From: Opitutales bacterium
GTDB taxonomy: Bacteria > Verrucomicrobiota > Verrucomicrobiia > Opitutales > UBA2987
Reading direction: 5' to 3'
Assembly (NCBI GenBank): GCA_965226885.1
Contig: CBDDEL010000014.1
Span: forward strand, 480,001-544,000
Length of the DNA: 64,000 nt
Under the pieces are notes generated by a model. The model was given only the letters and a program-made list of their open reading frames with translations, had not been told where the DNA came from and did no database searches. A program made the position numbers and the translations under genes. Below, piece after piece: positions 20,150-29,716 of the stretch. How positions within the stretch are numbered: the first letter of the stretch is position 1; each line of letters starts with the position of its first letter.

Positions 20150-21265
20150 CTATATGCGAACTCCCACACGGTAAGAGCCTGAGGCAATCGCGTAATTAAA
20201 AGATTCATTAACCGTATCGAGGTCAAATGCATCATGAACGAGACCTTCAAAAGGAAAGTTCGTGTAGTATTTTTCCATAAAGGCAACCGCAGTCACCAGA
20301 TCTTCTTCATTATAATTATGAAGGCCCCGTATGGTATGCAAATTGCGTACAAATTTTTCCGCGTTGATATGCAGGTCACGCTGTGGAAACGTTGCTCCTA
20401 CCCATACGGCGGTTCCACCAATGCCGAGGAGCGATAGGGACGATTCCATCGTTTCCGGTACTCCACTGAAATCGAGGGCAGCCTGAATCTGTTCTCCTTC
20501 CGCCATAGGCCCGAGCCGCTCCTTCAGGGAACTCCCATCCGCCTCCATTTTCAAAGTGACGTCGACGCCGAATTTGCGGGCTTTGTCGAGTCGCTCGACG
20601 TCGATGTCCAATGCGATGATTTTCCTCGCTTTGCTTGTCCTGCACATGGCACAGGCAATTATTCCCAGCATTCCCACTCCGGTGACAAGCACTGTCCGAT
20701 CCTCAACGGAGCCCGCCAGACGAAGGGCTCCGGCAACCGTGGCGACAGAACAGTTGATGAGCGCAATGACGGGAAGCGGAAGAGGCTTTTCAATTTTGAT
20801 GACCGGAGTGTATTTACGCAGAATGCAGTATTCACTGAGCCCGCCGTGGAGATGATTGTCCTTCCTGATTTCCTCATGCCCGTATTTTAACAGCCCATCC
20901 CCTTTCTGCGGAATGCCGATCTGCGATAGGTAGCTGTCCGGGTTGGAAGCATAAATCCCCCACGTAACCCGATCGCCTACTCGCAATGTTCCGCCCCGGC
21001 AATCTGTCGTCCGGGCGCCCGGACCAAACTCTTCGATACGTCCAACGATTTCATGCCCGAGAATCGTAGGCGTCTTCTCCGTGCGCTTTCCCGTAAACGT
21101 GTTTAAATCGCTTCGGCACAGAGTCGTGTATTCGTTTCTGACCAGAATTTCACCATCTCGAAGATCCGGCACCTCAACCTCATCCATCTTAAAGGGTTGA
21201 TTCTGGGCATGGGATATCGCTACTTTGCTTGTTTTTACGGTTGGTTCTAATTTGCTTGTTTTCAT
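20150..21265 (-). CDS. Zn-dependent alcohol dehydrogenase, phosphonate-catabolism-associated (HpnZ-like)
   Basis: TLCRSDLNT, ILGHEIVG, GDRVTW, IPQK..LKYGHE, GGLSEYC, NCSVATV, GVGMLG, IRGLHNY; next to a PhnX-like gene. Confidence 0.78.
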   Translation of the reverse strand: MKTSKLEPTVKTSKVAISHAQNQPFKMDEVEVPDLRDGEILVRNEYTTLCRSDLNTFTGKRTEKTPTILGHEIVGRIEEFGPGARTTDCRGGTLRVGDRVTWGIYASNPDSYLSQIGIPQKGDGLLKYGHEEIRKDNHLHGGLSEYCILRKYTPVIKIEKPLPLPVIALINCSVATVAGALRLAGSVEDRTVLVTGVGMLGIIACAMCRTSKARKIIALDIDVERLDKARKFGVDVTLKMEADGSSLKERLGPMAEGEQIQAALDFSGVPETMESSLSLLGIGGTAVWVGATFPQRDLHINAEKFVRNLHTIRGLHNYNEEDLVTAVAFMEKYYTNFPFEGLVHDAFDLDTVNESFNYAIASGSYRVGVRI

Positions 21266-21350
21266 GACCGGTCTATTGATGTGATTCAGACTTGCAGGAT
21301 CCACTGGTCAACGGTGACCATCTAGATCCCATTTTCATTAAATCATTACA

Positions 21351-21368
21351 TATATAGATATCTATATA
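21351..21368. promoter_or_regulatory. Perfect 18-bp palindrome, candidate operator of the phosphonate operon
   Basis: TATATAGATATCTATATA about 90 bp upstream of the ADH start. Confidence 0.4.
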
Positions 21369-21449
21369 ATTTTTCAGAAGTTCAGAAGAATAGCAACCAA
21401 TAATTGTTTAGCCGTATTGATAAATCGAAAAAAGAGTTGTTTTCGGGAT

Positions 21450-21605
21450 TCATGACGAAAAGGCACAGGCAGAACTCTGCAAGAAGGCTTCCACGGTTTC
21501 GGCGATCTGCGAACCGAGCAGGCCGTAGAGGCCGATAAGATCTTCGTAGGGACCGTTAATGGCGAAACAATCGTTGATGCCGATCCTTTTCATGGGCGAG
21601 AGCCA
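21450..21605 (-). pseudogene. Transketolase C-terminal remnant
   Basis: PMKRIGINDCFAINGPYEDLIGLYGL..IAETV resembles the end of a transketolase C-terminal subunit; the rest is absent. Confidence 0.6.
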
Positions 21606-21862
21606 CTTCGGCCATAGTTTAGATGCGAGTTTTACGTCCGCTAACTTTAACTCATTCACGCTTCTTATTTCTCCCCCGGTGTTCACGTAGAAACTGCTCA
21701 AATTCCCATAAAAATCATTTACTTACTTAAATTCCTTTCGCAGTCAAACTGTTGTCTAAATCCGGATATTATGTGAAATTTTCAGATACTGATTCAATAA
21801 CTGAATATGGGATTAAAACCAGTAATTGCACTCTATTGATCATACGCCATATGTGGGGACTT

Positions 21863-22588
21863 TTAAGCCTTATATCGGCCGAATATTTTCTCTTTGATCT
21901 CACTCAGGGAAAGCGTTCTTTCTGGCGGATCGCCTAATTCCTCGACGACTAGATCGGCTTCGGAAAAATCTTCCTTGGCGGTGTAGGCGCTGGTGGTTAC
22001 GAGGCAACGTAAGCCGGCGCCTTTGACCGCGAGGAGGCCATTGCGACTGTCCTCCACAACCAGGCATTCCTCTCCGCGCAATCCCAGGCGCTCTTTGGCC
22101 AGATTGTAAATTTCAGGATCGGGTTTTTTTCGGGAGACAACGTCCCCGGCCAGAATATGGTCAAATCTTTCATAACGGGCGCGGCCCAGCATCTTTTGGG
22201 CAATTAAATTAACAGAACGCTCATTCGAGGTTGAACAGATGGCCAGCTTGAGACCTGCCTCAATCGCTTCGTCGATCAATCGGGCAATACCGCTCCGCAA
22301 CGGAAGTTCCCCCGATTCTATGATTTGCATAAAAAGATCCGTTTTCACTTTATGGAGATCTTTGACGTAAGGATCATGGTCGGTCGCATTTTCCGGCCAG
22401 CCATTTTCCTGGAAAAAATAGCGCATGCGCTCCTTTCCACCGGATATTTTCAAGAGTTCGCCATATAGATCGACGCTCCATTCAATATTGAGGCCGAAAT
22501 GAAAAAAGGCACGGTTGAAAGCGATGCGATGGCCATCGCGCTCGGTATCGACCAATACACCATCACAATCGAAAATGAGCGCTTTCAT
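21863..22588 (-). CDS. cbbY: CbbY-family HAD-IA sugar phosphatase
   Basis: ALIFDCDGVLVDTERDGHRIAFN, ISGGKERM, AGDVVSRKKPDPEIY, VEDSRNGL. Confidence 0.85.
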   Translation of the reverse strand: MKALIFDCDGVLVDTERDGHRIAFNRAFFHFGLNIEWSVDLYGELLKISGGKERMRYFFQENGWPENATDHDPYVKDLHKVKTDLFMQIIESGELPLRSGIARLIDEAIEAGLKLAICSTSNERSVNLIAQKMLGRARYERFDHILAGDVVSRKKPDPEIYNLAKERLGLRGEECLVVEDSRNGLLAVKGAGLRCLVTTSAYTAKEDFSEADLVVEELGDPPERTLSLSEIKEKIFGRYKA

Positions 22589-23463
22589 TGGGCGAAGATT
22601 TTGACATCCGCAGCCTTGCCGACACCGCCGAATTGTCTAATTTTTGCTTTCAACAGATCTTTCATGGCATCGTATTGGCCCTTGAGGACGCGCAGCGGCT
22701 CATAATCGTTGGGATTGTCCCGGTGATAATCGCAGAATCCGTCGATGAATGCGTGCTTCAGGTTGGTCGATATGTTTACCTTTGCGCATCCAAGCTTTAT
22801 GCAACGCTGAATGGTTTCATCCGGCAGGCCGGTGCCGCCATGGAGGGCCAGCGGAGTCTGCGTACGCCGGAATATTTCTTCGATGAGGTCGAACCTTACA
22901 TCGGGTTCGCCCTTGTAATAGCCGTGAGCGGTCCCGATGGCAGGGGCAAAAACACCCAGGTCGAGTTCCCGGCAGAACCGTTCCGCTTTATCCGGGTCGG
23001 CCAGATGGGCGTCCTCCTCGGCCACGACTATATCCTCCTCCACTCCGACGATCTCCCCCAGTTCGGCCTCCACCCCGACACCGACGGCCGCCGCCCATTC
23101 AATCACCTGCCGGGAACGGGCCAGGTTTTCCTCAAAAGGAAGATTGGAGGCGTCGATCATGACCGAGGTCCATCCGGTTTTGATGCATTTTTTGATCATT
23201 TCAAGGTCCTTGCCATGATCCAGATGCAGGGCGACGGGGACAGGTGAACTTTCTGCCAGTTCACGCATCCATCCGACCAGCGTTTCGTGGCTGTAATAAA
23301 CGATCGTTTTGGCGGATGTCTGGACGATGACGGGCGCGTCGAGTTCTTCAGCGGCCTCCACCATTGCCTTCATGGAGGCATAATCGACGGGGTTGAAGGC
23401 ACCCACAGCGTAACCGCCGCGCTTCGCTTCCAACAGCATGGGTGTTAAACTTAAAAGTGGCAT
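22585..23463 (-). CDS. fba: Class II fructose/tagatose-bisphosphate aldolase
   Basis: GYAVGAFN, LHLDHG, SVMIDAS, VEAELG, AIGTAHG, LHGGTG, KVNIST. Confidence 0.9.
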   Translation of the reverse strand: MPLLSLTPMLLEAKRGGYAVGAFNPVDYASMKAMVEAAEELDAPVIVQTSAKTIVYYSHETLVGWMRELAESSPVPVALHLDHGKDLEMIKKCIKTGWTSVMIDASNLPFEENLARSRQVIEWAAAVGVGVEAELGEIVGVEEDIVVAEEDAHLADPDKAERFCRELDLGVFAPAIGTAHGYYKGEPDVRFDLIEEIFRRTQTPLALHGGTGLPDETIQRCIKLGCAKVNISTNLKHAFIDGFCDYHRDNPNDYEPLRVLKGQYDAMKDLLKAKIRQFGGVGKAADVKIFAQ

Positions 23464-23589
23464 TTCTTTAATCTCCAGTTGGGTTGAATTATTTTTAAAA
23501 GGCGAGATTTTATGTAAAACAATTGTTTACGAATTACTATTTTGGTAGCTATAAAATAATACGGAATCGGATCTTCGTAAAGAGCGCTT

Positions 23590-24153
23590 TCAATTAAAAC
23601 AATCGACCCTATTTTGCGGAATGGTTTTCAACTTGCGAAATAACCGACTCCGCGTAATAGAGGAAATGGCGAAAAGGGAATCAGTGGCTACTTCGCAGGG
23701 ATTCGCGCTATCCGCCGAGAAGAGGATCTTGCTTGGCCTCTTCTCGCCATTCTTATTGTAGGAAATATTCCGGATCAGATCGACGCGGACAACACGGTCT
23801 TTATCAAGAACGTAATTCAAGCGGAAACCAGCGGGAGTTTCCCCCTTTGGTACTAGAAAGGTGTCAATAACATCCTTAAACCGATCCCTCCCTCCAAGAT
23901 AATTTGAGTGATCGCGCAGCTTTCGGCAGGAATCGATTTTTAGTGTCAGGTTCAACACATAGTCAAGGTATCTTGCATCATTTTCGATTGCTTGAATGCT
24001 TCCCTCGTCCGTTCCAATGAACGCTTGCAAACTACCCGTCATTTCGAGAGTTTCCCGTTCCATGCTTGTTGCCGCTAAATGACTCATGGCATTTATTGAT
24101 ACCAATTTTTTTTTAATTAATTTAAATATGCGAAATTCGAAATTATACCGCAT
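23590..24153 (-). pseudogene. Truncated transaldolase-family protein (long N-terminal extension type)
   Basis: VDLIRNISY....RP..ILFSADSANP.EV resembles the start of the barrel, then similarity ends; no Schiff-base Lys region. Confidence 0.5.
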
Positions 24154-24154
24154 T

Positions 24155-25147
24155 TCAGTTATCTAGGACACCAATGGACGACCATTCCTGCACGACGATG
24201 AGATCGCTCAACGGCACTTCATACAAAGTCCCTCCAATGGGCACCTCCGCACCTTCTCCGGAAGATATTATGAGCTTGTCGCCATCAAAGCATACGGTCT
24301 CATTCTGACCGTATGGCATTCTTTCTCCCGGAACCCAAGTATCGATAGGAAGCCATGAAATCTTTCCCTCGAAGTAGTTGTCCTTGCCCGGCTCGACCTC
24401 GAACAGCCAAATTGCCGTGTACGTGGTAATCACCACCTTTGTTCCATCCGGCGTGGTATCGGCCGCGGTGGTTCTTCCACCGACATCAAACGAGTCTAGA
24501 TAAGTCAGCGTGTTCACCTCAAAAGGCTTTTCCGAGTCCAGACGATACAGGTACGTGAAGGAGTCGCTCCGATTCTTCGTTACGACATAGACTTTTCCAT
24601 TCGCCCACCAGATCCCTTCACTGTCATAGTTATTCTTTTGCGCCGGGAGTTCCGAAGGGTCGGGATAATCCGGATAGGTGAAGAAAACCTTCTTCAAAAA
24701 GTTGATCCGCGTAGTTACCGGATTCGGCTCCAGCACCCAATAAAGCGTAAAATCGCGGCGGGCCTGTGAATTGTTACCAATATCGCCGATGATGATGTGC
24801 CCGTAATTATCAATCGTCATATCTTCCCAATCGACATTGTAGGCGCCATATATAGGCACCCCTTCGGTTCTCTCATTATAGAGCTTTCCATTACGGTCAT
24901 GCGGAAAAATGCGGGCCCCGTCGCCCGAATCGTTCAGTGTCCAATAGAGATTGGGATGCGTCCGGCTCTTGACCATGCCCGAAGGCTCGAGATGCGCATT
25001 CTCTTCCAATTGCCCGTAGGCCTTAAGCTTCACCGGTTTCATATCCGGCAATTCCACGCTTTTTACTTTTTTATTATTAGCAGCATCAACAACAGCCATG
25101 GCCGTAAGGCTCAGACTGAGCACCAAACTTATTAAAAATAACTTCAT
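24155..25147 (-). CDS. Secreted beta-propeller-like hypothetical protein
   Basis: Signal peptide; EPSGMVKS..P..YWTLNDSGD, NVDWEDM, GDIGNN, YDSEG, TAAD..PDG. Confidence 0.65.
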   Translation of the reverse strand: MKLFLISLVLSLSLTAMAVVDAANNKKVKSVELPDMKPVKLKAYGQLEENAHLEPSGMVKSRTHPNLYWTLNDSGDGARIFPHDRNGKLYNERTEGVPIYGAYNVDWEDMTIDNYGHIIIGDIGNNSQARRDFTLYWVLEPNPVTTRINFLKKVFFTYPDYPDPSELPAQKNNYDSEGIWWANGKVYVVTKNRSDSFTYLYRLDSEKPFEVNTLTYLDSFDVGGRTTAADTTPDGTKVVITTYTAIWLFEVEPGKDNYFEGKISWLPIDTWVPGERMPYGQNETVCFDGDKLIISSGEGAEVPIGGTLYEVPLSDLIVVQEWSSIGVLDN

Positions 25148-25201
25148 CACGTAAGCTCCATAATAATTGAATTTCTTTCTCGGCGGACGGTTTACCTCCA
25201 T

Positions 25202-26542
25202 TTAGTTTCCCGAATCAGATTCGATCCAACGCGTCCGACCGACGGGCTGGGTCCACGCGCGTTTATACGGAAATTCCTTGCTTGGGACAGCGGGTTGAGC
25301 ATCTGAAGTAATGATTGCGCGCACATAGAGCTCGTCCCCTTCCATGCGATAGGTCGCCAGATTTCCAGTCACCTCGGAGAATACCTCTCCTATCTGCGTC
25401 CCTTCGCTGCTGGTGTAATCAAGGGTTGTGAGTATAATGTATCCCTCGTCATCTCTCCTGGAAACACCCTCCACATTAACGCCCCGGCGAGACCCGACAA
25501 AACGAGTTGTATACGTCTCGCCCTCGACCGATTCAATTTCGATTGCCAGCCGCTCCCCATTAAAATCGATGTTTTTCAGCACTACACCCGTGGAGGAGTA
25601 AAAATCACCGCGATGAAAAGCCTTGATGAGGGACTCCGGCGTCAGGTGGCGGGCGCGCACCATGACCCAGCCGCGGCCGGGTTTCGCTCGCTCCTTGTGT
25701 CCGTGATAATCATGTGAATCATCCGTGGCCAGCCCATAAAGGGGTGGCGCACTGAATGTTACCATGCGCAAGGTATTGGCGATATCCCAGATTTCTTCGG
25801 ATGAGGGATGTTCGTCATCGCCCGGATCATGATCACCATCCACTCCGTTCCAGACTTCGAAAAAACGGTTGTCGATAATGCCGGCCAAGTCCTCGGCCGT
25901 GACGCCCCATTTGTAGTTCACGTGATTGACATGGAAAAGTATGGGCCGGCCAAGGCGATGACTCTGTTCCCGAACCAGGCGCAAACTGTTTGCGATGACC
26001 TCTTTGACCGTTTTGCCGCCGGGCTGAGGAATCAGCTCACCGAGATGAGTTGCGTTCATATGAATCGACAATCCGTTATCGGCTCCGTCCGTAATCTCCT
26101 CGCCCTGAATCATGATGAAATGGTTACGCTGCTCGACCAGAGCCCGGTATTCACTTAACGGCTTCAGTCGAATTTCAAAATTGCCTTCTTCCCTCGAACC
26201 GCGGGTTTCCACCCAATGATGACCAAAGCGTTTCAGATACTTCGGATAGGCGTCTCCGTTTGAACTTTGATCCGCCTTTTCCAGAGAAACCCACTTCTGT
26301 CCTTGGCTGAGTATATTGTGATCGGATAAGGCCAGAAAATTATATCCATGGTCAAGATACCACTCAGCCACCATCTCAGGAAAATCATTACCGTCGGACC
26401 AGAAAGTGTGGGTGTGAAGATTACCCTTCCACCACTGCGGTTGAGGATTGGAAGAGATTTCCCTCCCCGCCCCGATCACGAGCATCGGGAAAATATACCA
26501 CAGGATAAGGAGCGTGGTCCTCCCAATGAAATGTGCGTTCAT
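25202..26542 (-). CDS. Secreted PHP-domain (CehA/McbA-like) metallohydrolase
   Basis: WWKGNLHTHTFWSDG, LSDHN, QGEE, NH, EVWNG, ATDDSH, GDFYSSTG. Confidence 0.8.
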   Translation of the reverse strand: MNAHFIGRTTLLILWYIFPMLVIGAGREISSNPQPQWWKGNLHTHTFWSDGNDFPEMVAEWYLDHGYNFLALSDHNILSQGQKWVSLEKADQSSNGDAYPKYLKRFGHHWVETRGSREEGNFEIRLKPLSEYRALVEQRNHFIMIQGEEITDGADNGLSIHMNATHLGELIPQPGGKTVKEVIANSLRLVREQSHRLGRPILFHVNHVNYKWGVTAEDLAGIIDNRFFEVWNGVDGDHDPGDDEHPSSEEIWDIANTLRMVTFSAPPLYGLATDDSHDYHGHKERAKPGRGWVMVRARHLTPESLIKAFHRGDFYSSTGVVLKNIDFNGERLAIEIESVEGETYTTRFVGSRRGVNVEGVSRRDDEGYIILTTLDYTSSEGTQIGEVFSEVTGNLATYRMEGDELYVRAIITSDAQPAVPSKEFPYKRAWTQPVGRTRWIESDSGN

Positions 26543-26569
26543 AATTTAAATATAACTATGCTTCAATTA

Positions 26570-29500
26570 TTAGTTTAAGGATTCCAGGGGCCAGGGAATC
26601 CAACCATCCTTCGTTGACCAGGCCCAGGAGGGAACTGCCCGGTCGACATAGAGAAATGCGCCACTTGCCCACTCGAAGAACCAGAAGTCATCCGCAGGGG
26701 CCGTTTCCAAAAAAAGAAAGAGCCAGCCGGAACCAGGACTCCAGACCCAGGGCCAGGACTCTGAATCTACGAATATCCAGGATAACCGTTCACTAAAATA
26801 CCATCCCAAATCTCCGTAGGCTGCATCCTCGAGGGCTTCCAGAACACGGGCGTCCTCAGGCGTTGCCTTTGCTGGATATCCCGCCTCCAACGAAATCCAG
26901 GCCCAGGCAAAGGGAACGTCAACCATCTCGCCATTTACCTCGAATTTTAATTCCCAAACCCCTTCATCCGATGAATATAATTTAAAAAGCGGCGCCTCGC
27001 CTCCAGCGGCGGCGCCGGGAGTAATCTGGAGCACACCGCGCGGCCCGTTTTCCAATGGCGCCGTGAACCGATAGGATCCGGTACCCGTCATTTCCCAGAG
27101 GGAGCCTTGGCCGGCGGAATCGGCGGGATCAACCCAACCGGATCGAACTTCGGAGGCATTTTCTGGAACGAAGACAAAGGCAAAAGCAAAAGGCACTCTC
27201 CCGGAAGACGGTTGGCCCCCCTCGTGGATAGTCACTTCCCAGCCGCCTTCGATAGGTTGAACAGTCATTTGGGTATTTTGTTCGGATGACTGGCCGAGCA
27301 GCGTGGAGGAGTTCCAGGCCTGCGGATGAGTGAGACGAAATTTTCCCCCTCCCAGCCCGCTTACCGCGACCTCTTCGAGCACATCTTCCTGACCATAAAG
27401 ATATTGACCCGACTGGTTAATGTAGCCGCCTTTCCAATCATCGGCAAAAGGGAAGAACGTTGAATTCAGCTTCGCGAAGGACCCATCATTTGGTAAAGAC
27501 AAGGGAGTATTTAAGACGCTCATTCGTGTCAGCGTATAACTGCTCCCGAAATAAAGTCCTTCGATTCGGTTACTTAGTTTCCATCGCACCGGGGGAGGCG
27601 CTACGGAAGGATTGGAGGAATCGGAGACCTGAGGCGTAGTCAGCAAAATACCCTCGCTGTATTCCAGAGTCTGCGGCAAACGCAAATAGCGACTATGGGG
27701 ATCGCGCCTTGCGCCTGCTTCGTCCTGTATTCGATAAATGCTCGTTTCCGAGGTTCCGAATAATAATACTTCGCCACCATTTTCCGTGCGCAATGCAAAA
27801 CCAGGATAGGAGTCTTGCTGAATCTCAATCGCAGTTGTCGAGTCCAATCCTTCATTAAGGATGACTTCACCGGAAATCGTCTGGCAGAAAGCGCTTCGCC
27901 ACAGCCATTCGATATCCGAGGTCGAAAGCGCCCGTGTATGATATGAAAAATCCACAATATTCCATTCGACATCGGCATTTGTTGCCACAGAGTCATCAGC
28001 GAAATCGCCAAGAGTAAAACTACTGACTTCGGCAACTGGAAAATCGATTCTGGAGAGGTCCTCACCGTCGAGGATCGGCATCAATTGTCCTGCTTCATAT
28101 TTGAGGCCGAAGTGATGCCATTGAGAAGGCTCCATCATTACCGTCAATTGGTTGATGCTTTCCTCGAAAACTGACTGCGAATGGCTGTCATCGAGAGGAA
28201 GAAGCATTAAAGGGCTGGTGTCGGCAAAAACTGACAAGACTTCACCGGATTCCCCATCAATCCGCAGAATGGGAAGAGTTTCTTCCGCTGCGTTTGAACG
28301 AAACCAAAAGAGGGCAGTCCAGGCATCTGTGGCTGTTTGACTGCTTTCATAATGGATGCGACTGCCGGATTGAAAGCGGGAGGCATCATCGTAGGCGAAG
28401 CCCTCTGCCTGTGCCAATTCCCATTCCCCTATTGGGAATTGGCTGATCAAGGGTCGGTGTGCATCCTCTCCCTGCAGCCTGAAAGCGGCAACCGGATTAA
28501 GCTCCTGCAAAGCCTCGCGGTAGTGGGTCTTTAGCGGCCGCGTGGAAAGAGAAAAGGTAAAGGCAAATTCCAGATCCGGTCCCTTCAGAACTTCACCGGA
28601 AAATGGTGAAAAACTTTTTATCTGAACCGTATCGCCAGCCGGATTGAACTCCATCAGGCGCATCCTGCCATCTCCATCTCCACTCCAGTGCTGAAAATTG
28701 ATCAGATGTTGTTGCACAAAATGCCGATCATCGTTGATCGATACACGCCTTCCGTGCCCACTGCGACCGACGTGACCATTGAGCACAAGTTTGACGTTGC
28801 TATGATGTCGAATCAATTTGTTCCACATCAACTGCCCGTCGTTAGCGCCCTCCGGGTCTCCATTCAGCGCTTCGTAACCGATCGGGTTACCCCTTTGCCT
28901 GTCTTCCCTATCATGAGAGCCCAGTAAACCCCAGTCAAATCGGCTGCTATCTCGAAATAAATAAGCATGCGTGGTCAAAATGGCGTAATCATCGGGAAAC
29001 CGGTTCAATACATCGTCTGCCCAGGCAATCACCTCATCCCGGGGACCCCATTCGAAGCAAATGATGAGCCAGAATCGCCCTTCGATTTCTATACGATGGA
29101 CACTGTTTTCCCACTTGTCGGGCTCCATTGTTTCGATCAATGTCGGCTGGTTTGCATAGACGCTGCCTGTGCCAAAATACTCGGGATTCGAAAAGAGCGA
29201 TGTCCGGCTGTTATCAAGGCCGTCGTGATTTCCCGTGACAAGAGACATCGGTACTTTGTCCATGATTCCGTTGGCAGCGCTAGTGGCCCTCCCCCATTGC
29301 GTCAAATGCGTTGATGAATGATCGGCTTGATCGGTGATATCACCGAGGTGCAAGACATATTTTAGGTTATGCGACTCGGCGTGATCACGGATCCAATTCA
29401 TCTGCGCGAGCCATTTGCCAAAATTTCCGGGGCCCTGATCGCCGTAGTAATATTGTGTGTCAGGCAATATAACAAAGTGATAACTTCCATCGGAAGCGCC

Positions 29501-29620
29501 GGGCACAAGGTCTGCATCTTGCCCGTGCAGCAGAATTTGGGTTCCTGCGGCAAAGTAGAGGAATACGAATAAATGAAAGAGAGTGGTTTTCTTAAATATA
29601 ATAATTCTACACAGTTGCAT
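26570..29620 (-). CDS. Secreted calcineurin-like metallophosphoesterase with a LamG-like domain and Trp-rich C-terminal domain
   Basis: LPDTQYY, HLGDI, GNHD, TTHAY, NGH; WHHFGLKY LamG-like strand; aromatic C-terminus. Confidence 0.8.
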   Translation of the reverse strand: MQLCRIIIFKKTTLFHLFVFLYFAAGTQILLHGQDADLVPGASDGSYHFVILPDTQYYYGDQGPGNFGKWLAQMNWIRDHAESHNLKYVLHLGDITDQADHSSTHLTQWGRATSAANGIMDKVPMSLVTGNHDGLDNSRTSLFSNPEYFGTGSVYANQPTLIETMEPDKWENSVHRIEIEGRFWLIICFEWGPRDEVIAWADDVLNRFPDDYAILTTHAYLFRDSSRFDWGLLGSHDREDRQRGNPIGYEALNGDPEGANDGQLMWNKLIRHHSNVKLVLNGHVGRSGHGRRVSINDDRHFVQQHLINFQHWSGDGDGRMRLMEFNPAGDTVQIKSFSPFSGEVLKGPDLEFAFTFSLSTRPLKTHYREALQELNPVAAFRLQGEDAHRPLISQFPIGEWELAQAEGFAYDDASRFQSGSRIHYESSQTATDAWTALFWFRSNAAEETLPILRIDGESGEVLSVFADTSPLMLLPLDDSHSQSVFEESINQLTVMMEPSQWHHFGLKYEAGQLMPILDGEDLSRIDFPVAEVSSFTLGDFADDSVATNADVEWNIVDFSYHTRALSTSDIEWLWRSAFCQTISGEVILNEGLDSTTAIEIQQDSYPGFALRTENGGEVLLFGTSETSIYRIQDEAGARRDPHSRYLRLPQTLEYSEGILLTTPQVSDSSNPSVAPPPVRWKLSNRIEGLYFGSSYTLTRMSVLNTPLSLPNDGSFAKLNSTFFPFADDWKGGYINQSGQYLYGQEDVLEEVAVSGLGGGKFRLTHPQAWNSSTLLGQSSEQNTQMTVQPIEGGWEVTIHEGGQPSSGRVPFAFAFVFVPENASEVRSGWVDPADSAGQGSLWEMTGTGSYRFTAPLENGPRGVLQITPGAAAGGEAPLFKLYSSDEGVWELKFEVNGEMVDVPFAWAWISLEAGYPAKATPEDARVLEALEDAAYGDLGWYFSERLSWIFVDSESWPWVWSPGSGWLFLFLETAPADDFWFFEWASGAFLYVDRAVPSWAWSTKDGWIPWPLESLN

Positions 29621-29646
29621 TTAATGTTGCATTTAATGCAGAAGAG

Positions 29647-29680
29647 AAGGCGGGCACGCCATGTAGCGTGCCCACCTTTT
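29647..29680 (-). terminator. Intergenic hairpin, putative intrinsic terminator or attenuator
   Basis: AAGGCGGGCACGC-loop-GCGTGCCCACCTT between two co-oriented genes. Confidence 0.5.
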
Positions 29681-29716
29681 CAGTGCATACCTATATGTGC
29701 TAACCCAAGACTTAAT

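Noticed and set aside
21863..23463. Calvin-cycle operon
   Set aside because: No RuBisCO or phosphoribulokinase; the neighbouring genes are fragments
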